Below, one piece after another: positions 18,001 to 26,261 of a DNA stretch of 36,195 nucleotides. Numbering within the stretch: position 1 is the stretch's first letter; each line of letters opens with the position of its first letter. The notes below the pieces were generated by a model. It was given only the letters and a program-made list of their open reading frames with translations. It was not told where the DNA came from and did not search any database. This DNA is from a virus. The translations under genes were made by a program, and so were the position numbers. The stretch is from IMG/VR virus record IMGVR_UViG_3300045988_104880. One strand, 5' to 3'.

Positions 18001-18771
18001 GCAATCGCAAACCTGGTCGTCAAGCCGGCGCGTGATCTGCTCTCTCCCAAGGACGGCAGCTTCTGGGAGTCCGTAGCCTACGGTATCCCGCCGATGCTGT
18101 TCGACGGCCTCAAGAGTCTGTTCACCTCGAAGGTCAGCGAGTCCGGCCTCTCGGGCGGCGCGGGCCTGGTCGGCGCAGCCATGAAGGCCGTTCTAATGGG
18201 CGTGCCTTACGTCTGGGGCGGCTCCGGCATCCCGCCGGGCCTGGACTGCTCCGGCCTCGTCTACTGGGCCGCGCAGCAGCTCGGCCTTGGCTGGCCGCGC
18301 CTCACCGCCGCCGGGTACCAGTCAGGCTCGACCCCCGTCCCCTGGGGCTCCGCGACCCCCGGCGATCTCCTCTACTGGGGCTCCCCAGCTTGGCACGTCG
18401 CTGTTTACGCCGGCAACGGGCAGATGATCGAGGAACCCAGGCCCGGCCTGAGCGCTCGCAAGACCGCGATCTGGGGATCACCCAGCGTCGGCAGATACGG
18501 CGGCGCACGTAAATATGACAGGGGCGGCTGGCTCCCAGACGGAGTCACCGCCGCAGTCAACCAAACAGGCCAACGCGAAGCGATCCTCACTGCCCGCCAG
18601 TGGGCCGACGTCAGTGCGCTCGCGGCTAGTGGCGCGGGTGCGGGTGTCTCTCTGGAGGGCGCGCAGGTGCAGCTCGTCCTCGATGACGGCGTGCAGTTCC
18701 GCGCGCATGTTGAGGGCATCAGCGCGGGTGTTCTCGCTCGTAGGAAGCAGCTCGCAGGAAGGAGTCGATGA
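15082..18771 (+). CDS. Tape measure protein with an embedded NlpC/P60-type peptidoglycan hydrolase motif
   Basis: 1229 aa with an Ala/Gly-rich N-terminus and a W-rich, hydrophobic repetitive central part. The segment GVPYVWGGSGIPPGLDCSGLVYWAA...WHVAVYAGNGQMIEEP lies at about 18199-18480. Confidence 0.85.
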   Translation: MAGVYKAGTLYVDVVPSMKGFFKTVEADAKAQLPNIGQNAGKDFANGLRSGVGSSGAQVAKSISQPIDAAATEAKASVDKMTRSMQASTGGMQKAAEGAGRSFTTMGAEAGRSRGPIESATRDLDEAAQAAEKAARGTREAGSGFSSMAGFAQSAIAPLAAMAAAVGIGGFVSEAIAASDATQKFADTLKFAGIDPDRIEELGAAAQKYADETVYDLSDIQGITSQLAANDVEGFDKLAEAAGNLNAVAGGSAETYKQVGLALVQVNGAGKLATQDWNQIANAIPGASGKIQKALLDAGAYTGNFRDAMAQGQISAQEFNEALLSLGFDEVAANAARDTSRIENAAGNLQATLMGGFKDLIDYMKPTITDFMGWLSDMFSNAFDWISEHKDLLVALGEGIGIAVAAYWGFSVLTQVIEWIKNTTLVQEVLNAAMAANPIGLAVVAIGALIAGLIYLYNTNEDVANALNALGAGIAEFWTTNVTPVIDAFVGYTKNTLVPSIESAWGILTTGDYDGNLFGLEEDSALVDFFFTLRDALLAVGEISYTAWTDKIKPALEAAWDWISGTLWPGLQNFWSTVLQPLFEGIGSGLALAWTAIIRPTLMALWTIVSRVIWPVLKTLWENVVKPLWEGFASAVQSAWAVIYPAMQALAAFFRDTLMPALWSFWQDVVEPVWTNVSTFILAVWDNVLYPLFDLLATVVSGTIGMAFEGLWTTVVTVWNGISSAIQTVWGILSPIFSAIGSAISSTLGPIFTWLYDSVIKPVWDQISSAVQVASSVLIDVVFPAIKNAIGGMKESFESFRQSVESVFEKVKGAAAKPINFVITTVYRDGIKAAFDTIAAKVGLSVRLPDVKAIPAYATGGVFSTMTPGYSPGKDIYHFYSPDGGGALRLSGGEGIIRPDALRALGGKPWLDRVNASRGSGLATVGETGRRRGEVAFASGGIWNAVKGGFSGALDWVKETTEAVAEIVTDPAAAIANLVVKPARDLLSPKDGSFWESVAYGIPPMLFDGLKSLFTSKVSESGLSGGAGLVGAAMKAVLMGVPYVWGGSGIPPGLDCSGLVYWAAQQLGLGWPRLTAAGYQSGSTPVPWGSATPGDLLYWGSPAWHVAVYAGNGQMIEEPRPGLSARKTAIWGSPSVGRYGGARKYDRGGWLPDGVTAAVNQTGQREAILTARQWADVSALAASGAGAGVSLEGAQVQLVLDDGVQFRAHVEGISAGVLARRKQLAGRSR

Positions 18772-20207
18772 TGCGGACAAATCTTTGCCCGAACCCTTCG
18801 TTCGCATATGGGACGAACGGCTGGGCGAAGTACGCGCCATCGTCGCTCCGGATCGCGTCAGATCCTGCTGCATGGGGCGGGCACGATCGACAGTCACCAA
18901 CTTACCTAGCTGTCGACGTGCCCGCCCAGCTGCAGGGCCAGGTCGCCACTCCGGGCGTGGTCCCCGTTTCGGCGGGGCAGGCTCTGGCGGTGTCGGCCTT
19001 GGTTCGCACGAGTCCTGGTATCGGCCTCGCCGTCCGCGTCGAGTGGACGGTCGCAGGGCGCAGTCAGGTCTCGTCTGCGCCGCTGCTGCTGACATCGAGT
19101 GCGGAAGGCGATCGCCCGACGTGGGTCCACGTGGCCCCGGCGGGCGCAACGCAGGCGCGCGTGCGCTTCGAGGTCCACACCTCGGGGCCTCGCGACAACA
19201 AGCCCGGCACGGCGCATCTTGACGATGTAATGATCGTCGCTGCGGCGACCGTCGAGGAGGCTGTCGCTGACGCGGCGACCTTCTTCGACGGGGACACGCC
19301 TCAGCAGCGAATCGGTTATACGCAGCGGGCGATCACTCACCAATGGACGGGCACAAAGGGCCTGTCCGCGTCGCGTGAGGTTGAGGCCGCGCTCGATATG
19401 ACGCGCGAGCCGGTCGCGGTCGTCGAGGACGGCCAGGCCCCGCGCGTCCAGGTGGTCATCCCGGCGTCGCTCGCGCCTGCGGGCACGGCCTGCTACGTCG
19501 AGGGAATCGCATCGACGGGCTTCAAGTGGATCCCACGCGCGGGCGTGTGGACCGGGACGGGCGAGCAGCGTGTGATCGGTGATTCTCTCGCTCCGATCAA
19601 CACCGAATTTAGGTACCGTCTGACGACGTCTCGGGGCGTCGAGGTGGAGTCATCGCCGGTCGTGCGCCGCTGGCAGGGACTCTCGCTCATGACAGACACG
19701 GCGGGCAAAATGCCGGTCAACTTGCTCTGGCAGGGCACAGATCAGCGCGAGATGAAGATGCGGCTCACCGAGCACGAGGTGCCCGGCAGGCGGACACCCG
19801 TCATGGTGTATGCGCCGACGATGGGCGCGGGCACGGTATCGCTGACGGCGCGCACGAATCTCAAGGACACGCCGGCTCTCAAGCTACTGCTGGGCACGCC
19901 GACGCCTGTCGCACTGTTCCACAACCCCGAGCACTGCGTGCAGTGCAGGGCTGGGGTCTGCGATGTTGACCTGGTGACGCTCATGTCCCCAACCTCGGTC
20001 TCGATGGAGCGCGCCGCCAGGATCGACGTCGCGGAGCGTACCTGGACGATCAAGGGAACGATTACGTCCCTGCCGCAGGCCTCGACACTCCTCGCTCTCT
20101 CGACGTGGACGGACTTCGACGGTAGAGCCCTCACCTGGCAAGCCCTCGACGCTCGCCGCCTCACGTGGGAGGGCTTCGACCGCACGATCTGGCAGGAGGA
20201 ACAATGA
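18768..20207 (+). CDS. Distal-tail-type minor tail protein with an N-terminal carbohydrate-binding-like module
   Basis: It is the first gene after the tape measure. The N-terminus NLCPNPSFAYGTNGW...ARVRFEV resembles CBM4/9-like jelly-roll openings. Confidence 0.5.
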   Translation: MMRTNLCPNPSFAYGTNGWAKYAPSSLRIASDPAAWGGHDRQSPTYLAVDVPAQLQGQVATPGVVPVSAGQALAVSALVRTSPGIGLAVRVEWTVAGRSQVSSAPLLLTSSAEGDRPTWVHVAPAGATQARVRFEVHTSGPRDNKPGTAHLDDVMIVAAATVEEAVADAATFFDGDTPQQRIGYTQRAITHQWTGTKGLSASREVEAALDMTREPVAVVEDGQAPRVQVVIPASLAPAGTACYVEGIASTGFKWIPRAGVWTGTGEQRVIGDSLAPINTEFRYRLTTSRGVEVESSPVVRRWQGLSLMTDTAGKMPVNLLWQGTDQREMKMRLTEHEVPGRRTPVMVYAPTMGAGTVSLTARTNLKDTPALKLLLGTPTPVALFHNPEHCVQCRAGVCDVDLVTLMSPTSVSMERAARIDVAERTWTIKGTITSLPQASTLLALSTWTDFDGRALTWQALDARRLTWEGFDRTIWQEEQ

Positions 20208-21334
20208 GCCTGACCGGACCGGACGCGCGCATCCCGGACGACCTCCTCTCGTCTGCCTACACACTGCAGGCGACGGTCGAGTCATGGCTCGGGGACGAGT
20301 ACCTCGGTGAGGTGCCCGTCGAGGACGGCTCGGTCGCCTGGGACGCGACCCAGCAGGTGCAGGGCTCGCTCTCCCTCACGGTCCCGCGCGTCGGCTCGGC
20401 GAGCGAGGAGGAGGACTGGAGGGACTGGGATCCTACGGACCCAACGCATCCGCTCGCGTGCTTCGGGCAGACGCTGCACGTCACACTGACGATCGCGTCG
20501 GTGATTCCCGGGGGCGGCTGGTGGGACGTGCAGCTAGGCCGCTTCCTCATCACGTCGGTTGATCCCGGCCCCTCGACCGTGCGGGTGACGGGCAAGTCCC
20601 TGATGCACCGCCTTGAGGAGGATAGGCTCACGACGCCGCTCTCCCCCATGTGGAACGGGACGCTCGCGTCCGAGATCCGTCGCCTCGTCGGCGGGCACAT
20701 GGGAGTCGTGATTGACACCGCCCTAGTGGACCGCTGGTGCCCCTCAATGACATGGGGCGAATCGAGAATCGACGCGGTCTACGAGATCGCGAAGGCCTGG
20801 CCTGCATCGATCCGCGAGGGCGGCGACGGCATCCTGTACGTGACACCGCCTGTCTCGCCGCCTGTCTCGCCGCCAAAGCTGCGGCTCACGGACGACATGG
20901 ACGGCACCGTCGTCGGTGTCTCCTCTCAGGTATCCCGTGACAAGGTCTATAACCGGGTGGTCGCGCGCGGCCAGGACGGGCACGACGAGGGTGCGCCAGC
21001 GTTCCAGGCGGTCGCGGATCAGACGACCGGCCCGATGCGGACAGACGGCCCCTACGGCGTCGTCCCGCGATTCTTCTCCTCGCCTCTCATCACGTCGCAG
21101 GAGCAGGCCCGCAAAACGGCTGAGGCGATGCTCGCTGAGTCGATCCGCCGAAAAGTGAAAGTCCCTGTGGAGCATGCGCCGGATCCGCGCGTCGCGCTCG
21201 ATCAGCCGATCGAGATCGTCACGCAGCCGGTCCTAGCGGCTGAGCCGAAAACCCTCTGGGGCCTCGTCACCGCATACGAAGTTCCTCTCACGTACAAGGG
21301 CACGCAGAAAACAGACGTGGAGGTGACCCTATGA
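20204..21334 (+). CDS. Tail-associated (Tal-like) minor tail protein
   Basis: ATGA overlap at 20204. It is the second gene after the tape measure. The N-terminus reads IPDDLLSSAYTLQATVESWLGDEYLGEVPVEDGSVAWD. Confidence 0.5.
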   Translation: MSLTGPDARIPDDLLSSAYTLQATVESWLGDEYLGEVPVEDGSVAWDATQQVQGSLSLTVPRVGSASEEEDWRDWDPTDPTHPLACFGQTLHVTLTIASVIPGGGWWDVQLGRFLITSVDPGPSTVRVTGKSLMHRLEEDRLTTPLSPMWNGTLASEIRRLVGGHMGVVIDTALVDRWCPSMTWGESRIDAVYEIAKAWPASIREGGDGILYVTPPVSPPVSPPKLRLTDDMDGTVVGVSSQVSRDKVYNRVVARGQDGHDEGAPAFQAVADQTTGPMRTDGPYGVVPRFFSSPLITSQEQARKTAEAMLAESIRRKVKVPVEHAPDPRVALDQPIEIVTQPVLAAEPKTLWGLVTAYEVPLTYKGTQKTDVEVTL

Positions 21335-22113
21335 CCGTCCGAGTCATGGACCTAATCTCCTCCACGCCCGATGATCTGCCGCCCCGGTACGGGTCGGACA
21401 GGTCGACGACGGCGATCGCGCGAATCATCGACCTTGTCGAAGGCGGTCGACAGCTCATCGTCTCGCTGTACGGCGGTACCGGGGTGCAGATCCCCGCGAC
21501 CGCCGTCAACTGGGCAGGCGTGAAAACCGCGCACGTGCTCCTCGACCCGGACACAGGGCGCCCGGTTCACGCGCTGGGGCCTGCCCCGTCCCCCGAGGGG
21601 CCGCTCCCGGCGGTCCCGAAAACCCCAGAGCCTAAGCCTGTGGCCCGGCACGCGGTGCTCACGCCGCAGTGGATGGGCACCTGGACGACCGGCGGCTGGT
21701 CGAGGTACGGCGACGGCGGCGCATGGCAGGGCACCAACCCCGCAGGCCAGAGACTCCGAGGCCTTATCACCTACGGTCGACAGCTTGAAGCCCTCGGCAC
21801 CATCACGATCACCCGGGCACTGCTCACCATCCGGCCCACAACGCACGTCCCGCCGTGGTCGCTCGTGATCCAGCCTGCCGCCTACGCGGAGTCCGGGCCG
21901 CAGCCGACCGGCACAACGCAGACAATCACCGTCAACGCGCAGCAATCCCAGGTCGACATTACGGCCCTGGCAAAGACCCTCACGGCGGGGGCCGGGCTCG
22001 CGCTCGTCGGCACGGCCTACGGCGGCATCACCAAGGGCGGCGCGAGCGCAGCCCTCACCATCGACTACACCGAGACACTCCCAGTCAAACCCACAGGAAG
22101 GCGCGCACAGTGA
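21331..22113 (+). CDS. Minor tail protein
   Basis: ATGA overlap and position in the tail block. The central region is Pro-rich. Confidence 0.5.
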   Translation: MTVRVMDLISSTPDDLPPRYGSDRSTTAIARIIDLVEGGRQLIVSLYGGTGVQIPATAVNWAGVKTAHVLLDPDTGRPVHALGPAPSPEGPLPAVPKTPEPKPVARHAVLTPQWMGTWTTGGWSRYGDGGAWQGTNPAGQRLRGLITYGRQLEALGTITITRALLTIRPTTHVPPWSLVIQPAAYAESGPQPTGTTQTITVNAQQSQVDITALAKTLTAGAGLALVGTAYGGITKGGASAALTIDYTETLPVKPTGRRAQ

Positions 22114-22709
22114 GCTACCAGGACCAGCGCGGACACAAGGTTCCATCCCCCACCGACCCGGCCCGCCGACAGGATCTCCTCGATCTCTCCCTCTCGATCC
22201 CCTCCTACAAGGCGTGCGCGTCCGAGACCGCCGCCTCCCAGTACGTCGCAGCGCTCGCGGGCGTGGGCCTCACGGCTTCTCCGGCGCAGCCTGTGTACGT
22301 GTGGCGTACCGATCTGAACGCGGTGCGTGTGTGGGATGGGCGTCGCTGGGCTGGCGAGTCGAACGTCCAGATGGAGCTGGGGGCGGTCGGTGATATGCCG
22401 GTCGGCTCGGGCCTGGGGACGGGAGTCCGGAACGGCATCATCAAGGCTGGCCGCGTCGCGATATCCAGCGCGGAGGTCGCCTTCGGCAACCTGTACATGC
22501 CGCGTGTGACGTTCCAGACGCCCTTCCCGAACGACTGCGTCTCGGTCGTCATCACGCCGCTGTACGGCTCCGGCCCGGCGGGCTGGAACTTCAAGAATGG
22601 GCGCCAGTTCTGCATCGACGTGCTCGACAAGTCCGGCTTCCGGCCCATGCTTCCGGGCGTGACCTCTGAGGAGCGTCACTCCTACTCGTGGGTAGCTTTC
22701 GGCTACTGA
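22110..22709 (+). CDS. Minor tail / possible receptor-binding protein (199 aa)
   Basis: GTGA overlap start at 22110. The C-terminus (VTFQTPFPNDCVSVVITP...GFRPML...SYSWVAFGY) loosely resembles lectin-type tail tip domains. Confidence 0.45.
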   Translation: MSYQDQRGHKVPSPTDPARRQDLLDLSLSIPSYKACASETAASQYVAALAGVGLTASPAQPVYVWRTDLNAVRVWDGRRWAGESNVQMELGAVGDMPVGSGLGTGVRNGIIKAGRVAISSAEVAFGNLYMPRVTFQTPFPNDCVSVVITPLYGSGPAGWNFKNGRQFCIDVLDKSGFRPMLPGVTSEERHSYSWVAFGY

Positions 22710-22780
22710 CATCACCAATTCTTTCATGCCCTCGAACAAGCCCGTCCGGGGGCTTTCCCATACCTGAAGAGGAGAAACCA

Positions 22781-22894
22781 ATGGAACCGAACATCGAGGA
22801 GCTCATGGCATCGATGACGCCCGCGACGGACACGCCGCCCGACATCGTTGCCCCGATCTTCATCCCCTACGAGCAGACGGAGTCCGCGCGATGA
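22781..22894 (+). CDS. Small protein (37 aa) preceding the endolysin
   Basis: GAAGAGGAG lies upstream of ATG 22781. ATGA overlap with the endolysin start. Confidence 0.4.
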   Translation: MEPNIEELMASMTPATDTPPDIVAPIFIPYEQTESAR

Positions 22895-23727
22895 GCATGA
22901 CCGCACAGAATGTCCTCGCCTGGGCAGCAGGCGAAATCGGGTACACGCGGTGGGACGATCCCGAGGAGGGATCGAAGTATGGCCGCTGGTACGCGCAGAA
23001 GCACGGCGCATACTACGGCACGTCCGGCGTACCCTTCTGCGCGATGGGCGCCTCATGGTGCGCGACCGACGAGGACAAACAGTCCGTCCTGCCCGGCGGC
23101 GACTTCGCCTACGTCCCCTACGGCATCAACGCCGCCGCCCGCGAAGGCCGGCTCGTTTCCCCGATGACACAGGCCGCGCCCGGAGACATGGTCTGCTTCG
23201 ACTGGGACGACGACGGCATCGCCGACCACGTCGGAATTGTTGAAGCCAATTACGGTGGCTGGCTCCAGACCATTGAATTCAACACCTCGTCCGGCGCTGC
23301 GGGGTCGCAGAGCAACGGCGGTGGCGTGTGGCGTAGGACCAGAGACTGGTCCTCGGTGTGCGCGGTCATCCGCCCGCACTACGGCGACGTGACCACCTCC
23401 TCGGGCTACACCGACGTCACGGCGCTCCAGGCGGCAGTCGGCGCGACCGCTGACAATGTGGTCGGCCCCGACACGACGAAGCGCATTTACGCCGTCGTCG
23501 CCGCCTCCAGCTGGGGAGGCCGGCAGTTCCCGTTCGGAGTCGAGTACGTCCAGTCCGTGATCGGTACCGAGGCTGACGGTGTCTGGGGCGATGCCTCGGA
23601 CGAGGCACACGACCGAGTCGTCGGCAACCTGCAGCGCGCCGTCGGCGTGGCCGACGACGAAATCTACGGACCCGCCACCAACCAGGCAATTAACGCCGCG
23701 CTCGCGGGCGCGGAGAAGGGGGAATGA
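22891..23727 (+). CDS. Endolysin: CHAP-type amidase/peptidase plus C-terminal peptidoglycan-binding repeats
   Basis: Catalytic-type Cys in GVPFCAMGASWC and His in ADHVGIV. The C-terminal half has two LQ..VG...D...GP.T repeats. Confidence 0.8.
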   Translation: MSMTAQNVLAWAAGEIGYTRWDDPEEGSKYGRWYAQKHGAYYGTSGVPFCAMGASWCATDEDKQSVLPGGDFAYVPYGINAAAREGRLVSPMTQAAPGDMVCFDWDDDGIADHVGIVEANYGGWLQTIEFNTSSGAAGSQSNGGGVWRRTRDWSSVCAVIRPHYGDVTTSSGYTDVTALQAAVGATADNVVGPDTTKRIYAVVAASSWGGRQFPFGVEYVQSVIGTEADGVWGDASDEAHDRVVGNLQRAVGVADDEIYGPATNQAINAALAGAEKGE

Positions 23728-24137
23728 CAATGAATGACCTGCTTCTCGGGCTTCATGCGGATCCTTTCCTGACGACGGTCGTCGTCGGCCTGGTGTGGCC
23801 GATGGTACAGGCGGCGCTTGATCGCCCGTACTGGACCCCGGCACGCCGTAAGGTGCTGCTGGCCGTCGTCGCGGTCGTCGTCTCGCTCGCCGTCTGGGTG
23901 TCGGGCACGTATCCGGCGACCTGGCGGCTGCTGATCGCACAGGCCGGCGTGTTCCTCGGCATTGCCTGGTCCGCGTTCCAGGTGCTCTCAGCAATCCGCG
24001 TCAACGGCGTGAGCCTCATTGATTGGGTAGGCGCTGTGACTCCCGGCGGTGAGTCTGTCGAGGAGGTTCGCGCCGCCGCTGATTCTGTTCCTTCGACCCG
24101 GGTAGTTGACGGGACCGAGCCGGCCAGCCGTGACTGA
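23724..24137 (+). CDS. Holin-like membrane protein (about 3 TM segments)
   Basis: Three hydrophobic stretches (FLTTVVVGLVWPMV, VLLAVVAVVVSLAVWV, LLIAQAGVFLGIAWSAF). It directly follows the endolysin. Confidence 0.6.
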   Translation: MTMNDLLLGLHADPFLTTVVVGLVWPMVQAALDRPYWTPARRKVLLAVVAVVVSLAVWVSGTYPATWRLLIAQAGVFLGIAWSAFQVLSAIRVNGVSLIDWVGAVTPGGESVEEVRAAADSVPSTRVVDGTEPASRD

Positions 24138-24669
24138 GCTCCTAGCTGATCCGAAAGTCACGGACGCTCTCGCCGCGCTCGTCGTCGCGATCCTCGTCGC
24201 GATGACGGGCGTTGTCGCGCTGGCTGCGAGCCAGGTGCGCCGCTGGATGGACGCGAAGTTCGCACACGTCATTGCGGGAGTCGAGGAGGCCCGCGCCGCT
24301 GCCCGCTCAGCGGACGCGCAGGTCTCCAACGATCACGCGACCAACATCAGGGACGACTTGGACCGTGCGATCGAGACCGTCCACGCTGTCTCGGACCAGA
24401 TCGGCGAGCTGACCGGCCACGTCGGGACGCTCGCCGATCAGCTGGGCCGCGTCGAAACGACGCTCAGCAATCACGGGAAGAGCCTCGAAGCGGTGGAATC
24501 TCGCGTCGGTCGGATCGACGAGCGAGGCGGTCGCATGGCCGAAGAGATCCACGACGAGCGCGTCGCTCGTGAAGCGGCCCAGCGGTCAATCGACGAGCAC
24601 TCGCACGACGCGCACGCCCGCCTCCACGAGCGCCTCGACAAACTCGAAGAGAGGATGAACGAACAGTGA
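24106..24669 (+). CDS. Membrane-anchored coiled-coil protein (lysis accessory?)
   Basis: One N-terminal TM segment (ALAALVVAILVAMTGVVALAA), then long heptad-like helical sequence. The start is uncertain (ATG 24106 or GTG 24130). Confidence 0.5.
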   Translation: MTGPSRPAVTELLADPKVTDALAALVVAILVAMTGVVALAASQVRRWMDAKFAHVIAGVEEARAAARSADAQVSNDHATNIRDDLDRAIETVHAVSDQIGELTGHVGTLADQLGRVETTLSNHGKSLEAVESRVGRIDERGGRMAEEIHDERVAREAAQRSIDEHSHDAHARLHERLDKLEERMNEQ

Positions 24670-25088
24670 CGACCACCATTACTGGTGCTGTCGGCAGGCT
24701 TGACGGCACTCCCGAGCCGCAGGCGTACATCGTCGCCACGCTCACGGGGACAGGTGAGAATCTCGCTGTCCTCGCGGGCGGGCCGGTGGCCCGACAGGCC
24801 GACGTGCGAGGACAGATCGTCCTCCCCCTTGACATCCGCACGGAGACACAGGTGCATCTGCGTCTCGCGATCCCCGGTCGCACCCTCCGCGAAGCGACTG
24901 TCTCCCTACGCCCGGGTGTCGCGTACGACCTGGCGCAGATTTTCTCCGGCGCCGCGTCGCCGACACCGTCTCCCACACCTGCGCCGGTCCCTGGTACGGG
25001 CGGCGTCGAGATCTCCGGAGACGGAGACACCCTTACCCTGAACGGCACGCTCTCCGGTGACGGGGACACAATCGAGATCGGAGCCTGA
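24666..25088 (+). CDS. Hypothetical protein, possible fibre-associated (140 aa)
   Basis: GTGA overlap start. A beta-rich N-terminal part is followed by a Pro/Thr linker and GDGDT repeats. Confidence 0.5.
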   Translation: MTTTITGAVGRLDGTPEPQAYIVATLTGTGENLAVLAGGPVARQADVRGQIVLPLDIRTETQVHLRLAIPGRTLREATVSLRPGVAYDLAQIFSGAASPTPSPTPAPVPGTGGVEISGDGDTLTLNGTLSGDGDTIEIGA

Positions 25089-25091
25089 GCA

Positions 25092-26261
25092 ATGGCAGCA
25101 CGACCAACGATCTACACCAGGCAGGGCACCGATAAAGCGATCGCCCGCGCAGTCGCACCTCTCGCCACCAAGTCAGAGCTGTCCGGCTACGCGACAAAGG
25201 GCGACGTCGCGACAGCCGCAGCCGGCGGCAGAGTCGATCTCACCGACTACGCGAAGAAGGCCGAGCTGAACGGCCTCGCGACCCGCGAGGAACTGGCCGG
25301 CTACGCGACCGCGCGCCAGGTTGCCGACCTCGCCACCCGCGCAGACCTCACGGCCTACGCGACGAAGGACGAGGTCGTCGGAGTAGCCAAGCGCTCTGAC
25401 CTGACCGGCCTCGCTACCAAGGCTGAGCTGTCCGGCTACGCGACGAAGGGCGACGTCGCAGGTGTCGCGCACGCGTCAGACCTGACCGGCCTTGCCACGA
25501 AGGCTGAGCTGCAGGCCGCGCTCACAGGCGTCGGCATCACCGTCGTCGCCACCGAGGCCGAAGCGCAGCGCCTACCAGACGGCGCTCTGTACTTCCTCGC
25601 CGCCGCAGCGTCGCCCGCGCAGCCGCCGACCCCGACCCCAGGCCCCGCGCCCGCCGCAGGCCCCACCGTCGTCGGCCACGCCTCGGGCTCTGTCGTCGGC
25701 CAGACCATCACCGTAAAGGTAGACGGCAAGGCAGGCGACAAGATCGTCCTGGGTATCAACGAGAAGGCTCAAGGCGGTCGCGCGACCGCAAACCTCCCGC
25801 AGGGCTGGACGACCCTCGTCGATCCGTACTGGGTCGGCACGATGAGCGCGACCATCATCACCGGCCCCTGGGCACCAACCATCACGATCACAATGTCGCA
25901 GAACGCAGAGATCGGATGGGCCGCAGCCGCAGTACGCGGAGCCTCCCGCATCGAGGCCGGCACCGTCAAGAAACGCCAGGCCGAGCCGGTCGAGACCAAG
26001 ACTTGCACGGCGCCCGCGCTCGCGGGTGCGGGCCTCGCGCTCGGCTTCACCTTCGAGCGCACGAGTGCTGGCGAAACTTCGGACCAGGTCACGGTATCGG
26101 AGGGCTGGGAGAAGATGGAATTCGCAGCGCAGGAGGGCCTCAACTACCAGACGGTGACGCTCGCGAAGCGAACCGCAGCCGCTCCCGCCGACCTCGTCGT
26201 GACCTACCCGAACGTCCAGGGGTCTAACGGCATCGGCGTGCAGGTGGTCGCCCGTGGCTGA
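25092..26261 (+). CDS. Tail-fibre-like protein with [YL]ATK..L.G repeats
   Basis: About 10 repeat units lie between residues 22 and 146. They are followed by ITVVATEAEAQRLPDGALYFL, a Pro-rich linker and a roughly 190-aa C-terminal domain. Confidence 0.6.
   Translation: MAARPTIYTRQGTDKAIARAVAPLATKSELSGYATKGDVATAAAGGRVDLTDYAKKAELNGLATREELAGYATARQVADLATRADLTAYATKDEVVGVAKRSDLTGLATKAELSGYATKGDVAGVAHASDLTGLATKAELQAALTGVGITVVATEAEAQRLPDGALYFLAAAASPAQPPTPTPGPAPAAGPTVVGHASGSVVGQTITVKVDGKAGDKIVLGINEKAQGGRATANLPQGWTTLVDPYWVGTMSATIITGPWAPTITITMSQNAEIGWAAAAVRGASRIEAGTVKKRQAEPVETKTCTAPALAGAGLALGFTFERTSAGETSDQVTVSEGWEKMEFAAQEGLNYQTVTLAKRTAAAPADLVVTYPNVQGSNGIGVQVVARG
25155..25529 (+). repeat. In-frame tandem repeats encoding the [YL]ATK..(E/D)L.G fibre shaft motif
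   Basis: Near-identical DNA blocks occur, for example gagctgtccggctacgcgacaaagggcgacgtcgc at about 25177 and again at about 25425. ctgaccggcct(c/t)gc(t/c)ac(c/g)aaggctgagctg occurs twice. Confidence 0.8.

Noticed and set aside
25155-25529. The tandem repeats were examined as a possible CRISPR-like or satellite array.
   Set aside because: The repeats are in frame within a long ORF and encode a recognisable fibre shaft motif. There is no unique-spacer architecture. No CRISPR array is present anywhere in the window.
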